From Octopus sinensis (lineage: Eukaryota): DNA of 64,000 nt. The position numbers and the translations under genes are program-made. The DNA lies in contig NW_021833302.1 in assembly GCF_006345805.1 (NCBI RefSeq), forward strand, positions 1-64,000. Direction: 5' to 3'. The notes beneath the pieces were generated by a model, which was not told the origin of the DNA, did not search any database, and was given only the letters and a program-made list of their open reading frames with translations. Positions 23,584 to 36,756 of this stretch are shown one piece after another (within the stretch, counting starts at the first letter, position 1; the number at the start of each line of letters is the position of its first letter).

Positions 23584-24539
23584 TAAATATGTAGAGAGAG
23601 AAAGAGATGCATACAATATATGTTTATGTATATAAATGTGTCTCTATATGAGTGTGTGCGCGCGTATGTGTGTGAATGCATGCATGGATTTATACACAGG
23701 AAGAGAGAGACACACACATTTTGCATTTGCTTGGCAAGTGATTTGATCTAAGATCGTGCATTGAAACTGAAACAATTACATCATGAAAGAGTCACTCGCG
23801 TACATATAATGAAGCACAATACACAGACATACATTCTTGTCTGCCTGCTGAAGAAAACAAACATCAACATACGGCCGCCTGTGTCTTAGCCAACGTTACG
23901 CTTATGCGCATGAGCATTGGAACATTCGAATCTAAAGGGGAAAATCGCCATGTTTCTATGGATGTATGCTCGTATGTATGTCGAACATATATGCATGGTT
24001 GGCATATTCGCTACGTGAGTGTGTGCATGCGGATGTGTCTGCATGCCTGTGAACCGCATGTGTCCATGCGATGTGGTGGCAAGAGGATGGCGGGGCGTAT
24101 ATGGGTGTGTTTCAGTGCATGCATGCGTTTAGAAATATAAAGGAAATTGTGAATAACATGTACTTTAGGAGGAAGTAGGAGTGTAGTTGCCATGGTTTGC
24201 CTGCCTACCGAAGTCTAACGACTTGTAAAGCGGATGTACACACTTTCGCATTTGCTCAGATATATAGTCATATACGTAAGTAGGTACACAATACATATGA
24301 CCATGTACGTTCATAAACGCATGTGTGTAGGTGTATGTGTATATATATATATATATATATATGAATTAATACACTCATCTGTGTGCATATGTTTATACAC
24401 ACATATTTCACTATGTATATGTATATGCATGTGTGTATAAACATGTACACATACACGTGTGTATATGCATGCATAAACATACGTATGTCAGTAACTGTAT
24501 ACACGTGTGTACGCACATATATACATGTACATGTGTGCT

Positions 24540-24900
24540 TGTACATGTATATACACATGTGTGTATGTACATGTATGTACACACGTCAGCATGTACATTT
24601 ATATACACGTGCGCATGTACATGTATATACAGACGTCAGCATGTACATGTATATACACGTGTGCATGTACATGTATGTACAGACGTCAGCATGTACATGT
24701 ATGTACAGACGTCAGCATGTACATGTATATACACGTGTGCATGTACATTTATATACGCGTGTGCATGTACATGTATATACACGTGCGCATGTACATGTAT
24801 ATACACGTGTGCGTGTACATGTATACACACGTGCGCATGTACATGCATATACACACGTGCATATATATATGTATATGCACATGTGTGCATGTACATGTAG
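24540..24900. repeat. 24/26-bp purine-pyrimidine minisatellite (acacgtgtgcatgtacatgtatat / agacgtcagcatgtacatgtatgtac)
   Basis: acgtcagc at 24583, 24633, 24683 and 24709; intervening units carry acacgtg(t/c)g. Confidence 0.85.
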
Positions 24901-24980
24901 ACTTGTGTATGTATATGTGTGTGTATGTATATATATATATACGTTTATATACATGTATATATGTTTAAATATATATGTGC

Positions 24981-25039
<59 letters not shown>

Positions 25040-25499
25040 CGCACATATATATTTAAACATATATACACACAGACACGCACACATATACAGCATGAGTCGA
25101 GGGAGTGAAAGGAGGAGAGAATGAGTGGAAAAGTTTTCACGGGTTCCTCTTGCATTACAAAAATAATGACAAATGCAGTCTTCCGTTATGAAGAAAGTAA
25201 CATCATAATTACTGAATTGAAATTATACGCACAGTTTAAAGAAAAGCCTCTAACTTTAAGGAAGAGCAATGGCAAATGAGGAAACAATAACTGTTCAATT
25301 GTCTACATATAATTTATAAATGGAGAATTTGATCGTGAATATAATCCATAGTGGCTGCGGCAACAACTGTGTTTCGGCCTTATTAAACCACATCAGCGGG
25401 CATTGTCTACTCACAGCTGTTGAGGTAGTATAACGACTAATTAATAATATTCTTTGAAAAATTGTTCATTGATTTAGTCGTATTTGTAGCCATAATGCG

Positions 25500-25573
<74 letters not shown>

Positions 25574-26452
25574 ACATGCATATATATATAAGGCATGTAT
25601 GCTTATATGTATGCATACACATGAGTGTGTATGTTTATGTGCATATATGTGTGTGTGCTTTTATATATATATATATGCATGTTAGTGTAAATATATATGT
25701 GCCCGTGCGTCTATATATTGATTAGGTGTTCTGTGTGTTTGTGTGTATGCATGTTCAGATATTTACTAACCCGCACACACAGACACAGTCATCATACTAC
25801 GTACAAACGCAGAGAAATATAAAATTATCCAAGGTCAGACTGTCTTATAGTCTGTAGATATGTCTGTGAGCGCACGCATTTGTGAGAGCGTGCGTGTGTG
25901 CGCGCGCAGTTTCTTGTGCATTGCTGCATGTACGAGTATCTGTATAAAATAATATACTGGAGCAACGAAATCTACATTAACTGTGCTCACTCTCACAAAT
26001 ATTAAAATATACCTAGAAGTAGTTTTTTTTTCACTCTAATGAACAACTAAAAATGGCGTCTGGACATGATAGAAATAGCAATGAAATCTACCTTAAATTG
26101 CTTTCCTGTCGTTTTTATATACTGCAATCTTCGCATAATGCAATCCTCGATACACTATCTAGAAAAAAGACCAGATAGCATTGACTGGAATATATCCAAA
26201 TAGGATTAACAGTTCTCTATGGAAGAGCAATAGTGAACTACAAAGAAAATTCTGGAGATGAATTTTATTACAGACCATTAGTATCTGTCTGATTCTCCGT
26301 TTTATTCCTTAATTATTTTACTGTAATTGTACTTCATCAGGCAGTTAGATGAAGGTTAAGCTGGCCGTAACTTCGAATTCACAGACAGTACTGTATAAAA
26401 AGTATTGAATTATCATTCAGCTTAATGTAAAAGTGTTTTTATAATAATTTTA

Positions 26453-26483
<31 letters not shown>

Positions 26484-26486
<3 letters not shown>

Positions 26487-27005
26487 GCCCTGAAGCAGTA
26501 CCAGGCAGTGGCTCTCATGGCTGCTGATCTTAACTGATTGGAACTGTTATCATGTTCATTGTTTTATCTTGGTGTAAAAGATTTGCTTGTCAATTGATTG
26601 ACCATAACCAATTGACCATGTCCTCTTAGTGGCTGACGATATGTGCATCGCTGATCACAAGCAGAAGTAGTGTGGGAGCATCATAGCCATGTATTGAAAG
26701 GAATTCTTAGAGATTTGAATAATTCACCTTTGGAAATATGGGTGTTTCGTTCAACACCCTTAAACAGTCCTTAATCAGAAACTATTTGAGCGGGATGGGC
26801 TACTCGACCAGAAGACAATTCTAACTGGGCCCACCTGCAAGGTCATGCGCTGTTTGTCTTGATATGAGATCACCACGTCACGCACATGTGGTTGGGATGC
26901 ATGTGCCTCGTGTATCCTTATCAGACGGGTAGTCATAATGGGTATACTGGGCTTCGTATATTTTACCCCAGTGTTACTTTGATGGAATGCACTGCTCTCT
27001 CACTC
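26484..27005 (+). mobile_element. Interspersed retroelement-like repeat flanked on both sides by (AAT)n
   Basis: A second, shorter copy of its 3' part lies at 33421-33595, also between AAT/AAC repeats. Confidence 0.7.
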
Positions 27006-27022
27006 AATGATAATAATAATAA

Positions 27023-27148
27023 TATACGCAAAATACTTTCACTACAGTAACCATATAAGCATCACTGCAAACCACAGCACATACCCAAGGCACACGGAGC
27101 TGCGCTCGGTAGTGAAGTGAAAGCACGCTATAAAAATAAAACTACTGA
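27023..27148 (+). mobile_element. Probable 3' tip of an RLE-type (R4/Dong-like) LINE with (AAT)n tail
   Basis: Reads IRKILSLQ*, then a short UTR ending ctactg-(aat)n; preceded by (AAT)n. Clade assignment is inference. Confidence 0.45.
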
Positions 27149-27679
27149 ATAATAATAATAATATATGTAGTTATGACGATTCCTTTGCTACCTCGATGCC
27201 TGCAAATTTACCTTCGCCAATTAGCTACTAACATACATACAAGTTGGGCAGTGTGTTGAGAAAAGAATGAAATAGAAAATATGTAGGTGTTGAATGTCTG
27301 TGTATATAAATACCTTATTACTAGAAAGCAATTTAACGCCTTCACGACACCACCATTTTGTGACAGTCTATATATATTTTATTCCAAAGTGCCAGGCGGA
27401 AGATGGTATATATGGCTATTATTCGAATTTAATGCTGTAACAAAGTCCACAGGCCACTTTAAAGCTCGATATTCAATTCAACTATGAATATGGCATATTA
27501 TATGTAGAAAAATTTCAAGCTGAATAATCTATATAATTTATTGAATATATTTTGTTTATTCAAAATTCATACCACACATATATCTTATCAGTTACATAAA
27601 CTTACCAGGTAATGCGTATCTTCCACACGTGCGCTGCACAACAATCTTTGTTCTGCTTTTATGTATATCTCTCGCCCTT

Positions 27680-27972
27680 TTCAAGCCTAGCCAGGCTCAT
27701 GGGCCCGGTTTCCCGGTTTCTGTGGCGTATGTGTTCCTCCCAGCTAGACGGGACGCCAGTCCATCGCAGCGTTACTCAAGAAACAGGAAGAGTGAGAGAA
27801 AGTTGTGGCGAAAGAGTACAACAGTGGTCGCCACCCCACCCCTGCCGGTGCCTCGTGGAGCTTTTAGGTGTTTTCGCTCAATAAACACACACAACGACTG
27901 GTCTGGGAATCGAAACCGCGATCCTCCGACCGCGAATCCGCTGCCCTAACCACTGGGCCATTGCGCCTCCAC
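27680..27972 (-). mobile_element. tRNA-derived SINE (head type C, tail type X)
   Basis: Minus strand ggaggcgcaatggcccagtggttagggcagcggattcgcggtcggaggatcgcggtttcgattccc; diverges from 3852-4330 after ctcactcttcctgtttc. Confidence 0.85.
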
Positions 27973-29098
27973 GCTTTTATGAGTAAAGCACCAGAACAGT
28001 TTCACTTGTTCTTTGTATGTATGTATCAATGTGGTTTGTATGCGTGTGTGATATAGAAGCATAGTGAACGATGTAAACACGTCTTCTATAAACTGCATCT
28101 CAGTGGCCACTTCAGCTGTAAATAATAGCTCAAAATACATGAAGTAAAGAATTCCTTGGTCGCAAAACATGAGGAAAATCTTTGCGAATTCGAATCATGC
28201 ACACTAGAGTAATGGTATCATGAGCGTTGCGGTTATATTAGATGTATTGTTCGATTTCCCAGGCAGCTTTCTGTCTAAGAAGTTTTTGTTCCTCTGCATT
28301 ATGAGCTACTGATGATAGCTCGACTGATATTCAAGATATACTATCCACGAAAGACTTATTAAGACACACGCGCTCTCACATAGGTGTAGTGGAAAAGAAA
28401 GAAATAATTTGGTAAGTGCACTTTACAAAATTATCGATCAACCCTTGAGGCAATGAAGTAAATATACAACTGATGAATGTATGTGTCCGCGTGAGTACAT
28501 TTATACAGCAACAGGAAATAACCATAGGATATAGGATGTACAAAATGGAAAGGGATGCAGCTAACACGCCGACGCAGATTCACTGGATTTAACGTATTGG
28601 ATATTTCACGGCATTGACTAAGAGATATGATATCGTAGCTTGAGAATTATATAATGAAATCCATCCAAAATATAAAATTGAAGAGAGAAATATAAGAAGC
28701 TACAGTGATGTGGAGGGCATAGAGAGTATTGTTTCAGACTGTGCCTGGAAAGAGAATAACAAGGTTTTGTGACCTGGGACAGAACAACTATGCACAGTAA
28801 CTGAGCCATGTTGCCCCGTTGATATCATTTTTATGCCGAAATGATGAGAAATCCATCATGGCTATAATTCAAGATTTCTATCCAAAATTATTAAAACACC
28901 TGACACGTAACTAACTGTACTAATCTTAAGAATCACTCTTTCTCAAAAGTAGACAAAATAAAATAATATGCCTAATAAAAAGATTATATCCACAAGCAAT
29001 CAAATTTACTCTGAAAATATCTAAAATATTCATGAAGTACTGTATGTAACTAGATGCATATCTACACTGCTATCCATGCATATGAATGGATATATATA

Positions 29099-29136
<38 letters not shown>

Positions 29137-29779
29137 GTGTGTGTGTGTGCGGTTACAAAGAAGACTCTCCTGTTTGCTGTTGTCTAAATTCTAATGAAAA
29201 TGCCATGTTTCTAGACAAGAAACCGGTGACTTGTCCTTTGTTGGAAAATTCGAAAAATTAAAACAACATAGCATACAAGCCAACCAAGCTATGAAAATGG
29301 CAGAAACCATTTTATCAGCGGAGCCGAAGACTACAAAAGAGCAACAAGAATAATACGTTTCTGTAAATAGACGTCTAACGTCCTAAGAAACACCGTTTAC
29401 TTCATTTCTGGACAAAAATAATATACCTAGCTCACAATTCTATTAACTTCCAAACCAAACTAATCTCATTTAACAACTATGAATGGGACTATTTTGAACA
29501 AAAATGAAATAAAAGCTCCATAAAGTTCTACGTTAATAACATTTGTTTTTCTCTGGTTATTTCCATCACCAAACTGTCTGATATTTTATAACTACTCTCA
29601 ACTACAAACAGGAGCGTTATTTTGAAGTAAACTGATACAAATGTATTAAAATAATAATCAATGCAAGAGAACAATTATCGGTTGCAGTGGTACGATATAA
29701 GGGATCGAAACACGCATACAACTAAACAGACTTTTGAATGCAATAAAGTTAATCGTGTTATTAATTAGGTGCTTCTTAA

Positions 29780-30205
29780 GGCAGCGGTTCTGAGTTCGAA
29801 TTCGGCCGAGGTCGACTTTGCCTTTCATCCTTTCGGGATACGATAAAATATGTACCAAGAGGCGATTGGCGTCGTTGTAATCAACTTACCCCTCCTCCAA
29901 AATTGCTGGCTGGCCTTGTGCCAGATGTTGAAACCATTATTTCAACATTTCAAAATTTGAAACAGTTATTAACGTGCTTCTTAAGGTGCCGAACCGGCAG
30001 AACTGTTAGCACGCCGGGAAAATTCTTAGCGTCATTTCGAGTGTCTTTACTTTCTGAGTTCAAATTCCGCCGAGGTCGACTTTGCGTTTCATCCTTTCGG
30101 GATAACGATAAAATAAGTACCAGTTGAGGATGGAGTCGAGGTAATCAACTAATCCTCTTCCCCAAAATTGCTGGCCTTGTGCCAGGTGTTGAAACCATTA
30201 TTTAC
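29780..30205 (+). mobile_element. Two adjacent SINE family B copies
   Basis: gttctgagttcgaattcggccgaggtcgactttgcctttcatcc at ~29790; ttctgagttcaaattccgccgaggtcgac at ~30053. Confidence 0.8.
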
Positions 30206-30264
30206 ATGCTTCTTAATGTCTAAAATTTATTTATACATGTGTGTATATGTGTGTGTCTTTTACT

Positions 30265-30545
30265 TGTTTTTGTCATTGGACTGCGATCGTGAAATGTTTA
30301 GTCAAACAAATCGACCCCAGTACTTCTTTTTAAAGTCTGGCATTTATTCTAGCGGTTCCTTCTAACGAACCTCTAAGTAACAGGGAAGCAAAGAAACCAA
30401 AACCGGTTGTCAAGTGGTGTTAGTATATGTTTGTGCGCGCGCCTGTGTGCGTGTCTGTTTTCACTTAGTTTCTCTCTACCTGTTTTACTCACAAGGCATT
30501 GGTCGGCCTGTGGGGTGAGGAACCTATAGAATAGGACTGAACCTG
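30265..30545 (-). mobile_element. SINE family A, diverged
   Basis: gtcattggactgcg...aaatcgaccccagtac...cacaaggcattggtcggcctg. Confidence 0.6.
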
Positions 30546-31811
30546 AAACAAGTGCGAACGTGTGAGAGAGAGTATCTAATAGCAAAATATTTAGAATGTT
30601 TTCCAATTGAAATGTATTCCCTCTTTATCAACACACATTCTCTTTAACATTCAAACCTTTTGTTATACATATTTAACACAAAATTATTTAGAAGCAAATA
30701 AGGAATTGGGCATACTTGTTACTCCGCTGAGAATACAATTTTGTTCGGTAGATTTCATTCGTCGTCCACTTTAACATTAGCAAAAAGCGCACCTTTAGCG
30801 AAGTCCGTTCTGTTACAAACATTCGATCCAGGTCTCTCGTCTGAGATTACTTTCATCACTCCTTCCTTTACTAATAGTCTCGCAGCATCTGGGGAGTCTT
30901 ATAGTCACTGTTATTCCCTCCTGACTGAGAAATTGAATAAATATTAAAATTAAATAAACTTCAGATGAGTTATTGCTTAAAAAGAAGTTAATAAAAATCC
31001 TAATGATCGTCATTGGGATTGTAGCGTCGCACTGACTCGGGAGGCGGATGTATGTATGTGCACAAACACTCATTCTTACATGTATGCATGTATGTTTCTT
31101 TCTTTGGGAATTGAGATGTTTGCTTTGCACAGTTCACTATTAAAGCATGGCTCTTGAGTTTAAGTTAAACTAGCTCCGGGGGTTTGATGGTCTTTTGAAT
31201 TGATTGGTGCGTGTATATTTGTATGTGCGCGAGTGGATAAACTTGCACGCGCATAGTGAGTGTCCTGTCACTTTAGTACATAAGTATATGCGTACGTGTA
31301 TGATTAACTATTATGTGTGCGTGTGTGTGTGTCAAACCCGGACCCAAATTCCATCCAATCATCATGTATATTTTTAACTCCCATCCGTAAAATATATATA
31401 AATCCATCTGTCTTTTCATATTGTATATAAGAAGCGTGTTTGTATCCTACATGTCCCTTGTCTGTCCTTGTAACGTCCCCTCTATATAAACCTTTTTGTA
31501 GGTAACTAAAGAAATATATTATGTGTGTGTGTGTGTGTTGATTATGTGTATACGACTGTGTACCTGTGTTTATCAAAATACATCAACTGGATAATCCCTC
31601 CAATGCCTTACAAATGTTTACAGTACCTAGAATTGTGTTTATTTGAAGAATACAAATCCTTTTGGTGTTCTTTGGAGAACCCTAGTGTTTAAAGTTTTCG
31701 ATGCAAATTAAGTGCTTTGTGCATCGATGGTATTTAATACAAATGAAAATCTATAGCGCGTATATAAAAGCTACAGGTTTCTCCTTTTCTTGATATTTGA
31801 CGGGATATGAA

Positions 31812-32020
31812 GGTGGCACGCTGGCAGAATCGTTAGCACACAGGGTGTAGTGCTTACCAGCATTTCGTCCGTCTTCACATCCTGAGTGCGAATGCGGGAG
31901 GGGTCGACTTTGCCTTTCTTTCTTTCGGGGTCGATAAAATAAGTACCAGCTGAACAGTGGGGTCGATATAATTGACTTCCTTCTTCTTCTAAAACTGCTG
32001 GCCTTGTGCCAAAATTTAAA
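31812..32020 (+). mobile_element. SINE family B
   Basis: ggcacgctggcagaatcgttagc head plus CORE-like centre. Confidence 0.8.
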
Positions 32021-32560
32021 ATCAACATTTGACGGGACATTCACATCAGCAGGGCATACGAACTCTTCGACAGTGTATGACTTTCACTTCTTCTCGTATA
32101 TAATATGCTCCAGCCTGTTCTTACACCGTGTTACTGTTTTTAAGGGAATGCTCTACCAATATTCTTTACTTTTAAAGGTGTATACAATTTCTTGTTCTAG
32201 TTATTGCTGTCAAGACAATCCTTCCTGTGAATACCTTTATAGAAGGTTTTAGTGAAAGTGCCACATCTTATGGAAAGATGGTATCCTGCGAATATTTTCG
32301 GGCAACCGCTGAAGATATATCAGATATTTTTCACACTGGTACGGCAAAACTGACATTTTCGACCATAACATGGGAGTCTTTTAAGTATTTAGTAGTTTTT
32401 ACCCTCGTTCCTCGATAGTTAAGGGATAGCTTTCTAGGTCCCATTCAATTTGTTGCTGGCCGAGAGGGAACTACTTTTACGATTAGTATCAGTAATCTCG
32501 AGTTTGTTAGATATGTACCAATGTAAAACTTAACTGCTGGTATGATAACTATTTCTCTGC
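32010..32560 (-). pseudogene. Decayed C-terminus of an RLE-bearing non-LTR retrotransposon (R4/Dong-like)
   Basis: Minus strand reads RKCQFCRTSVKNI*YIFSGCP (CCHC remnant) and TVTRCKNRLEHIIYEKK*KSYTVEEFVCPADVNV, resembling the RPD...E.SCP.D endonuclease region; multiple stops. Confidence 0.62.
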
Positions 32561-32564
32561 AAAC

Positions 32565-33010
32565 TCTGCAAACTCAGGACATGGCGGCAGACAAAATACT
32601 TATTTCTTTACTACCCACAAGGGGCTAAACACAGAGATGACAAACAAGGACAGACAAACGTATCAAGTCGGTTATATCGACCCCAGTGCGTAACTGGTAC
32701 TTATTTGATCGACACCGAAAGGATGAAAGGCAAAGTCGACCACGGCGGAATTTGAATTCAGAACGTAACGGCAGACGAAATACCTATTTCTATTTCTTTA
32801 CTACCTCCAAGGGGCTAAACACAGAGGGGACAAACAAGGACAAACAAACGGATTAAGTCGATTACATCGACCCCAGTGCGCAACAGGTACTTATTTAATC
32901 GACCCCGAAAGGATGAAAGGCAAAGTCGACCTCGGCGAAATTTGAACTCAGAATGTAGCGGCAGATGAAATACGGCTGAGCATTTCGCCCGGCCTGCTAA
33001 ATATTCTGCC

Positions 33011-33012
<2 letters not shown>
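32565..33012 (-). mobile_element. SINE family B head-to-tail multimer
   Basis: One head at ~33010 followed by two ~190-bp bodies and the start of a third. Confidence 0.85.
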
Positions 33013-33074
<62 letters not shown>

Positions 33075-33420
33075 TGGAGACCTGAGAATTGAGGTCGTTA
33101 AGATGTGGCAGCTACGAAGGTTTCCCTACTGTCATCGGAGCATTGGTTTTAATACAAACCAATCTGGCGAAAGAAAAAATATTAAAACTTTTTTTTAATT
33201 TTGAAACTTTAGAAAATGGAAAAATCGGCATTACGTGGAACTGCACACATGTTGCGTAAAGTACTGTCTGTCTAAGGTACATGTGACTTGATAGATAGTA
33301 CAAATGCCCAGTAGACACAGCATCTTCAATCAACAGCATCACAATATTGGATACTGTGTGATGTCTTAAAGAATAATAACAACAATAATAATATCAACAA
33401 CAACAACAATAATAATAATA

Positions 33421-33595
33421 ATTGGGCCCCACCTACAAGGTCATGCGCTGTTTATCTTGATATCAAATCACCATGTCGCGCACATATGGTTGTGATGTAT
33501 GTGCCTGGTGTACCCTTATCAGATGGGTAGTCATGATGGGTATATTGGGCTTAGTACCCCAGTATCGCTTTGATGGCATGCACTGCTCTCTCACT
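33421..33595 (+). mobile_element. 5'-truncated copy of the (AAT)n-flanked repeat at 26484-27005
   Basis: gggcccccacctacaaggtcatgcgctg...atgcactgctctctcact, between AAT/AAC runs. Confidence 0.75.
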
Positions 33596-33644
33596 AAAAA
33601 AACAACAACAACAACAACAACAACAACAATAATAATAATAATTC

Positions 33645-34050
33645 TTTCTAAAGGCTTAACATTTAGGGAGAGGGCGCCAGTCGATTATATCGTTCCCGGC
33701 GATCGACTCGTTGGTACATATTTCATTGACCGCGAAAGGATGAAATGCAAAGTCGACCTCGGCGGAATTTGAGCTCACAGAGTAAAGACGTGCGAAATGA
33801 GGTTAAGTATTTTCTCCGGCGCAGTAAAGTTTCTACAAGCTCACCGTCTCAATAGTGATATGTTCTAAAGTCAGCAAGAATTTGGAGAAGAAACGCATAT
33901 TCGTTAACAGCGACACCAGTACGGTATTAATTCATCGACCCTGAAAAATGAAAGGCAGCGTCGACCCCAGTAGAAATGAAACGCGGGGAGCAGAGATAAA
34001 TGCCGCAGTAGATCTTCCCGATGCTCTAACGATTCTGCCAATGCACTGCC
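33645..34050 (-). mobile_element. Two diverged SINE family B copies
   Basis: gaaaggatgaaatgcaaagtcgacctcggcggaattt and ccctgaaaaatgaaaggcagcgtcgacccc motifs. Confidence 0.65.
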
Positions 34051-34100
34051 CTCTCACATAACTATATTATTAAGGTCCAGCTACCTAAACACACGCACGC

Positions 34101-34136
<36 letters not shown>

Positions 34137-34169
34137 GCTCACTAGAACATTGCATTTGAAAGCTCATCC

Positions 34170-34770
34170 GGCAATCATTTTTTGCTCAGTTTTCTTCCTT
34201 CCTACCTTTCTTCATCGCTATTTCTGTATTTCATTCATCCAATAATAACCCTGTCTATCATTCCTTTCTTCATTTCTTTTATTTATTCTTTCTTTTTTCC
34301 TCCTTTCCCCCGTTTCCTTTCTTAGCAACTCCTTCTTTTCCATTCTGTTTCCCTCTTCCCTTCTTACAGTAAATCGCTATCATTCCTTGTTTGTCTTTCT
34401 TTCTATCAAGCTTTTATTTCCTTTTTTCCTTCAACTTTCCTTTCTATATCTCTGTAACTCTCATTTTTCTTGTTTTCCTTCCTGCCTTCCTTCCTTCCTT
34501 TTCCTCTTTCACCTTCCACCTCACTCCTATAGCAATCACTTTCTCTCAATCTCCTCTTTTCCTCATCTGGAATAACTTCCCTTTGCCACTTCTTTTCTTC
34601 TTCATTCCTATAAGAAATTATTTTTCTTTTTTCTTTCATTCATTTCTCCTCCATATTTCCTCCTTTATATTTTCCCTTATCTCTTCTCCATTCCTCATTA
34701 TTACTCTCGCTGTTTTTCTCGTTCTTACATTACTCTCCAATGTTTTTTTCCTTCTTCAATATTACGAATG
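34170..34770. repeat. Pyrimidine-rich (CT/CTT) low-complexity tract
   Basis: Strongly C/T-biased + strand over ~600 bp. Confidence 0.8.
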
Positions 34771-34779
34771 ATTACTCTA

Positions 34780-35275
34780 AATGTTTCAAATTTTGGAAAA
34801 AGGCAAGTAATTTTGGGGTAAGTGGCTAGTCGATACCATGTATCTCAATACTTGAATGGCACTTATTTCATTGGCCCATGAAGAATGAAAGGTAAAAATG
34901 ACTCAAGTAGAATTTGAATTCAGGACGTAAAGAAGCAGAAGAAATACCTATTTCTTTACTACCCACAAGGGGCTAAACACAGAGAGGACAAACAAGGACA
35001 GACAAGCGGATTAAGTCGATTATATCGATCCCAGTGCGTAACTGGTACTTATTTAATCGACCCCGAAAGGATGAAAGGTAAAGTCGACCTCGGTAGAATT
35101 TGAACTCAGAACGTAGCGGCAAAAGAAATACCTATTTCTTTACTACCCACAAGGGGCTAAACACAGAGGGGCCAAACAAGGACAGACAAACAGATCAAGT
35201 CGATTATATCGACCCCAGTGCGTAACTGGTACTTATTTAATCGAAATACTGCTAAGCATTTTGTCCGATGCGCTG
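34780..35275 (-). mobile_element. SINE family B head-to-tail multimer (second locus)
   Basis: Junction gaaatacctatttctttactacccacaagggg occurs twice (~34940 and ~35125), as at ~32600-32800. Confidence 0.85.
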
Positions 35276-35329
35276 ACGACTGTAATACTTTATGACATTA
35301 CACAACATTATTATAATTATATTTATGAT

Positions 35330-36070
35330 AGGCACAAGGCCTGAAATTTGGTGAGGGGACAGGTCATGTCGATTACATCGATCCAGTGTTCAACTGCTCC
35401 TTATTTTCTCGACCCCGAAAGGATGAAAACAAAAGTCGATCCTGGACGGAATTTGAACGCTGAACATAAGGACAGATTACCAACAATTCAATCAGCTCAC
35501 CGCCTAAGCTAACATCATTATAATAACTTCGTCTGCCTCTAGGTTCTGAGTTCAAATTCCGCTGAGGTCGTCTTTGCATTTCATCCTTTCGAGGTCGATA
35601 AATTAAGTATCAGTGAAGCACTGGGCTCGATGTAATCGACTAGTCCCCTTCCCACAAATTTCTGGCCTCGTGCCCATAGTAGAAAGGATCATTATAATCC
35701 CTTCAGATGTTAGCAGCTGGCGAAAAATTTTAAGGAAAGGATTTAGTTCTCACCTACTTCTTATTTTATCGATCTCAAACGATGAAAGTCGAAGTCCATG
35801 CTTTTTGTATGCAAGCCGACAGGGCTCGCTCTGAGCACTTTAATTTTTTTCACAGTGAAATTTCAAATTTGACACAATGCCGGCACATTTTAGGGGAGGG
35901 TTAGTCGACAGCAACGACCCCAGTGCTCAACTGGTACCTTATTTTATTATCCCGCCATCCGAAAAGTTGAAAGACTAAGTTGACCTTGGTAGGATTTGAA
36001 CACAGAACGTAAACTACTAAAAGAAATATCGCCAACCGTGTTGTCCTATTCTGGCAGCTCGCCTCCTTAG
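35330..36070. mobile_element. Cluster of three SINE family B copies (-, +, -)
   Basis: Centre motif at ~35370-35466 (-), 35543-35642 (+) and ~35905-36010 (-). Confidence 0.75.
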
Positions 36071-36574
36071 AAACCATTAAAAGGATACGAAAATTCGATA
36101 CGCCTCTGCATAACTAAAACAGATACTCATGAGGTGCAGGTTTCAATTCCACAACCTGATACCTTAGGGAGTACTTTTTCCCTGAGTTTCAGGTCGAACC
36201 AAGCCTGTGAGTAACAATGAATTTTACCTACTATTCAAAGAACCGACTTTGGCACACTGACTGAAGCTTAATTCTGCCTAGACATTAGGTTACATAACCA
36301 CGTGACTGAGAAATACTCTGCCATTTAGACTCTCATTTAATGATCAGCTGATCATCGAGCTCCTTGATCAATAAAGCGATTCATTTACACACACACACAC
36401 ACACACAAATAAATGAATGTAGATTTGTTTCATAGAGTATTTGCGTGTGATGTTATCAATAGATATTTTGCATATAACAGTCGTTGCATTTTTGTTGTGA
36501 GATGCATGTTTGGGACTACGTTTCATTGTATAGATAAGTATGTCTATATGTGAAAGTTCTTTGCTTGAACGTTT

Positions 36575-36690
36575 TTTCAGTCATGTTGGCGCTATAGTAG
36601 AAGACACTTAGCCAGGTGCCACGCAGTAGGACAGAACCCGGAATCAAAGTGACTTAGAAACTAAATTCTTACTACACAGCCACTCACATG
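36575..36690 (-). mobile_element. SINE family A, 5' fragment
   Basis: tatagtagaagacactt...gtgccacgcagtaggacagaacccgg...cttactacacagccactc. Confidence 0.7.
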
Positions 36691-36723
36691 ACTAAACATA
36701 CAAATACATGCATACATACATAC

Positions 36724-36754
<31 letters not shown>

Positions 36755-36756
36755 CA

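Noticed and set aside
25355-25400. Hammerhead-like ctgatg-t-ggttt-aata-aggcc-gaaac on the minus strand
   Set aside because: A9 is missing and no stem I pairing was found; at most a decayed PLE terminus.
30700-30930. Protein-like frame on the minus strand (PDAARLLVKEGVMKVISDERPGS...)
   Set aside because: Short, bounded by stops, no identifiable family.
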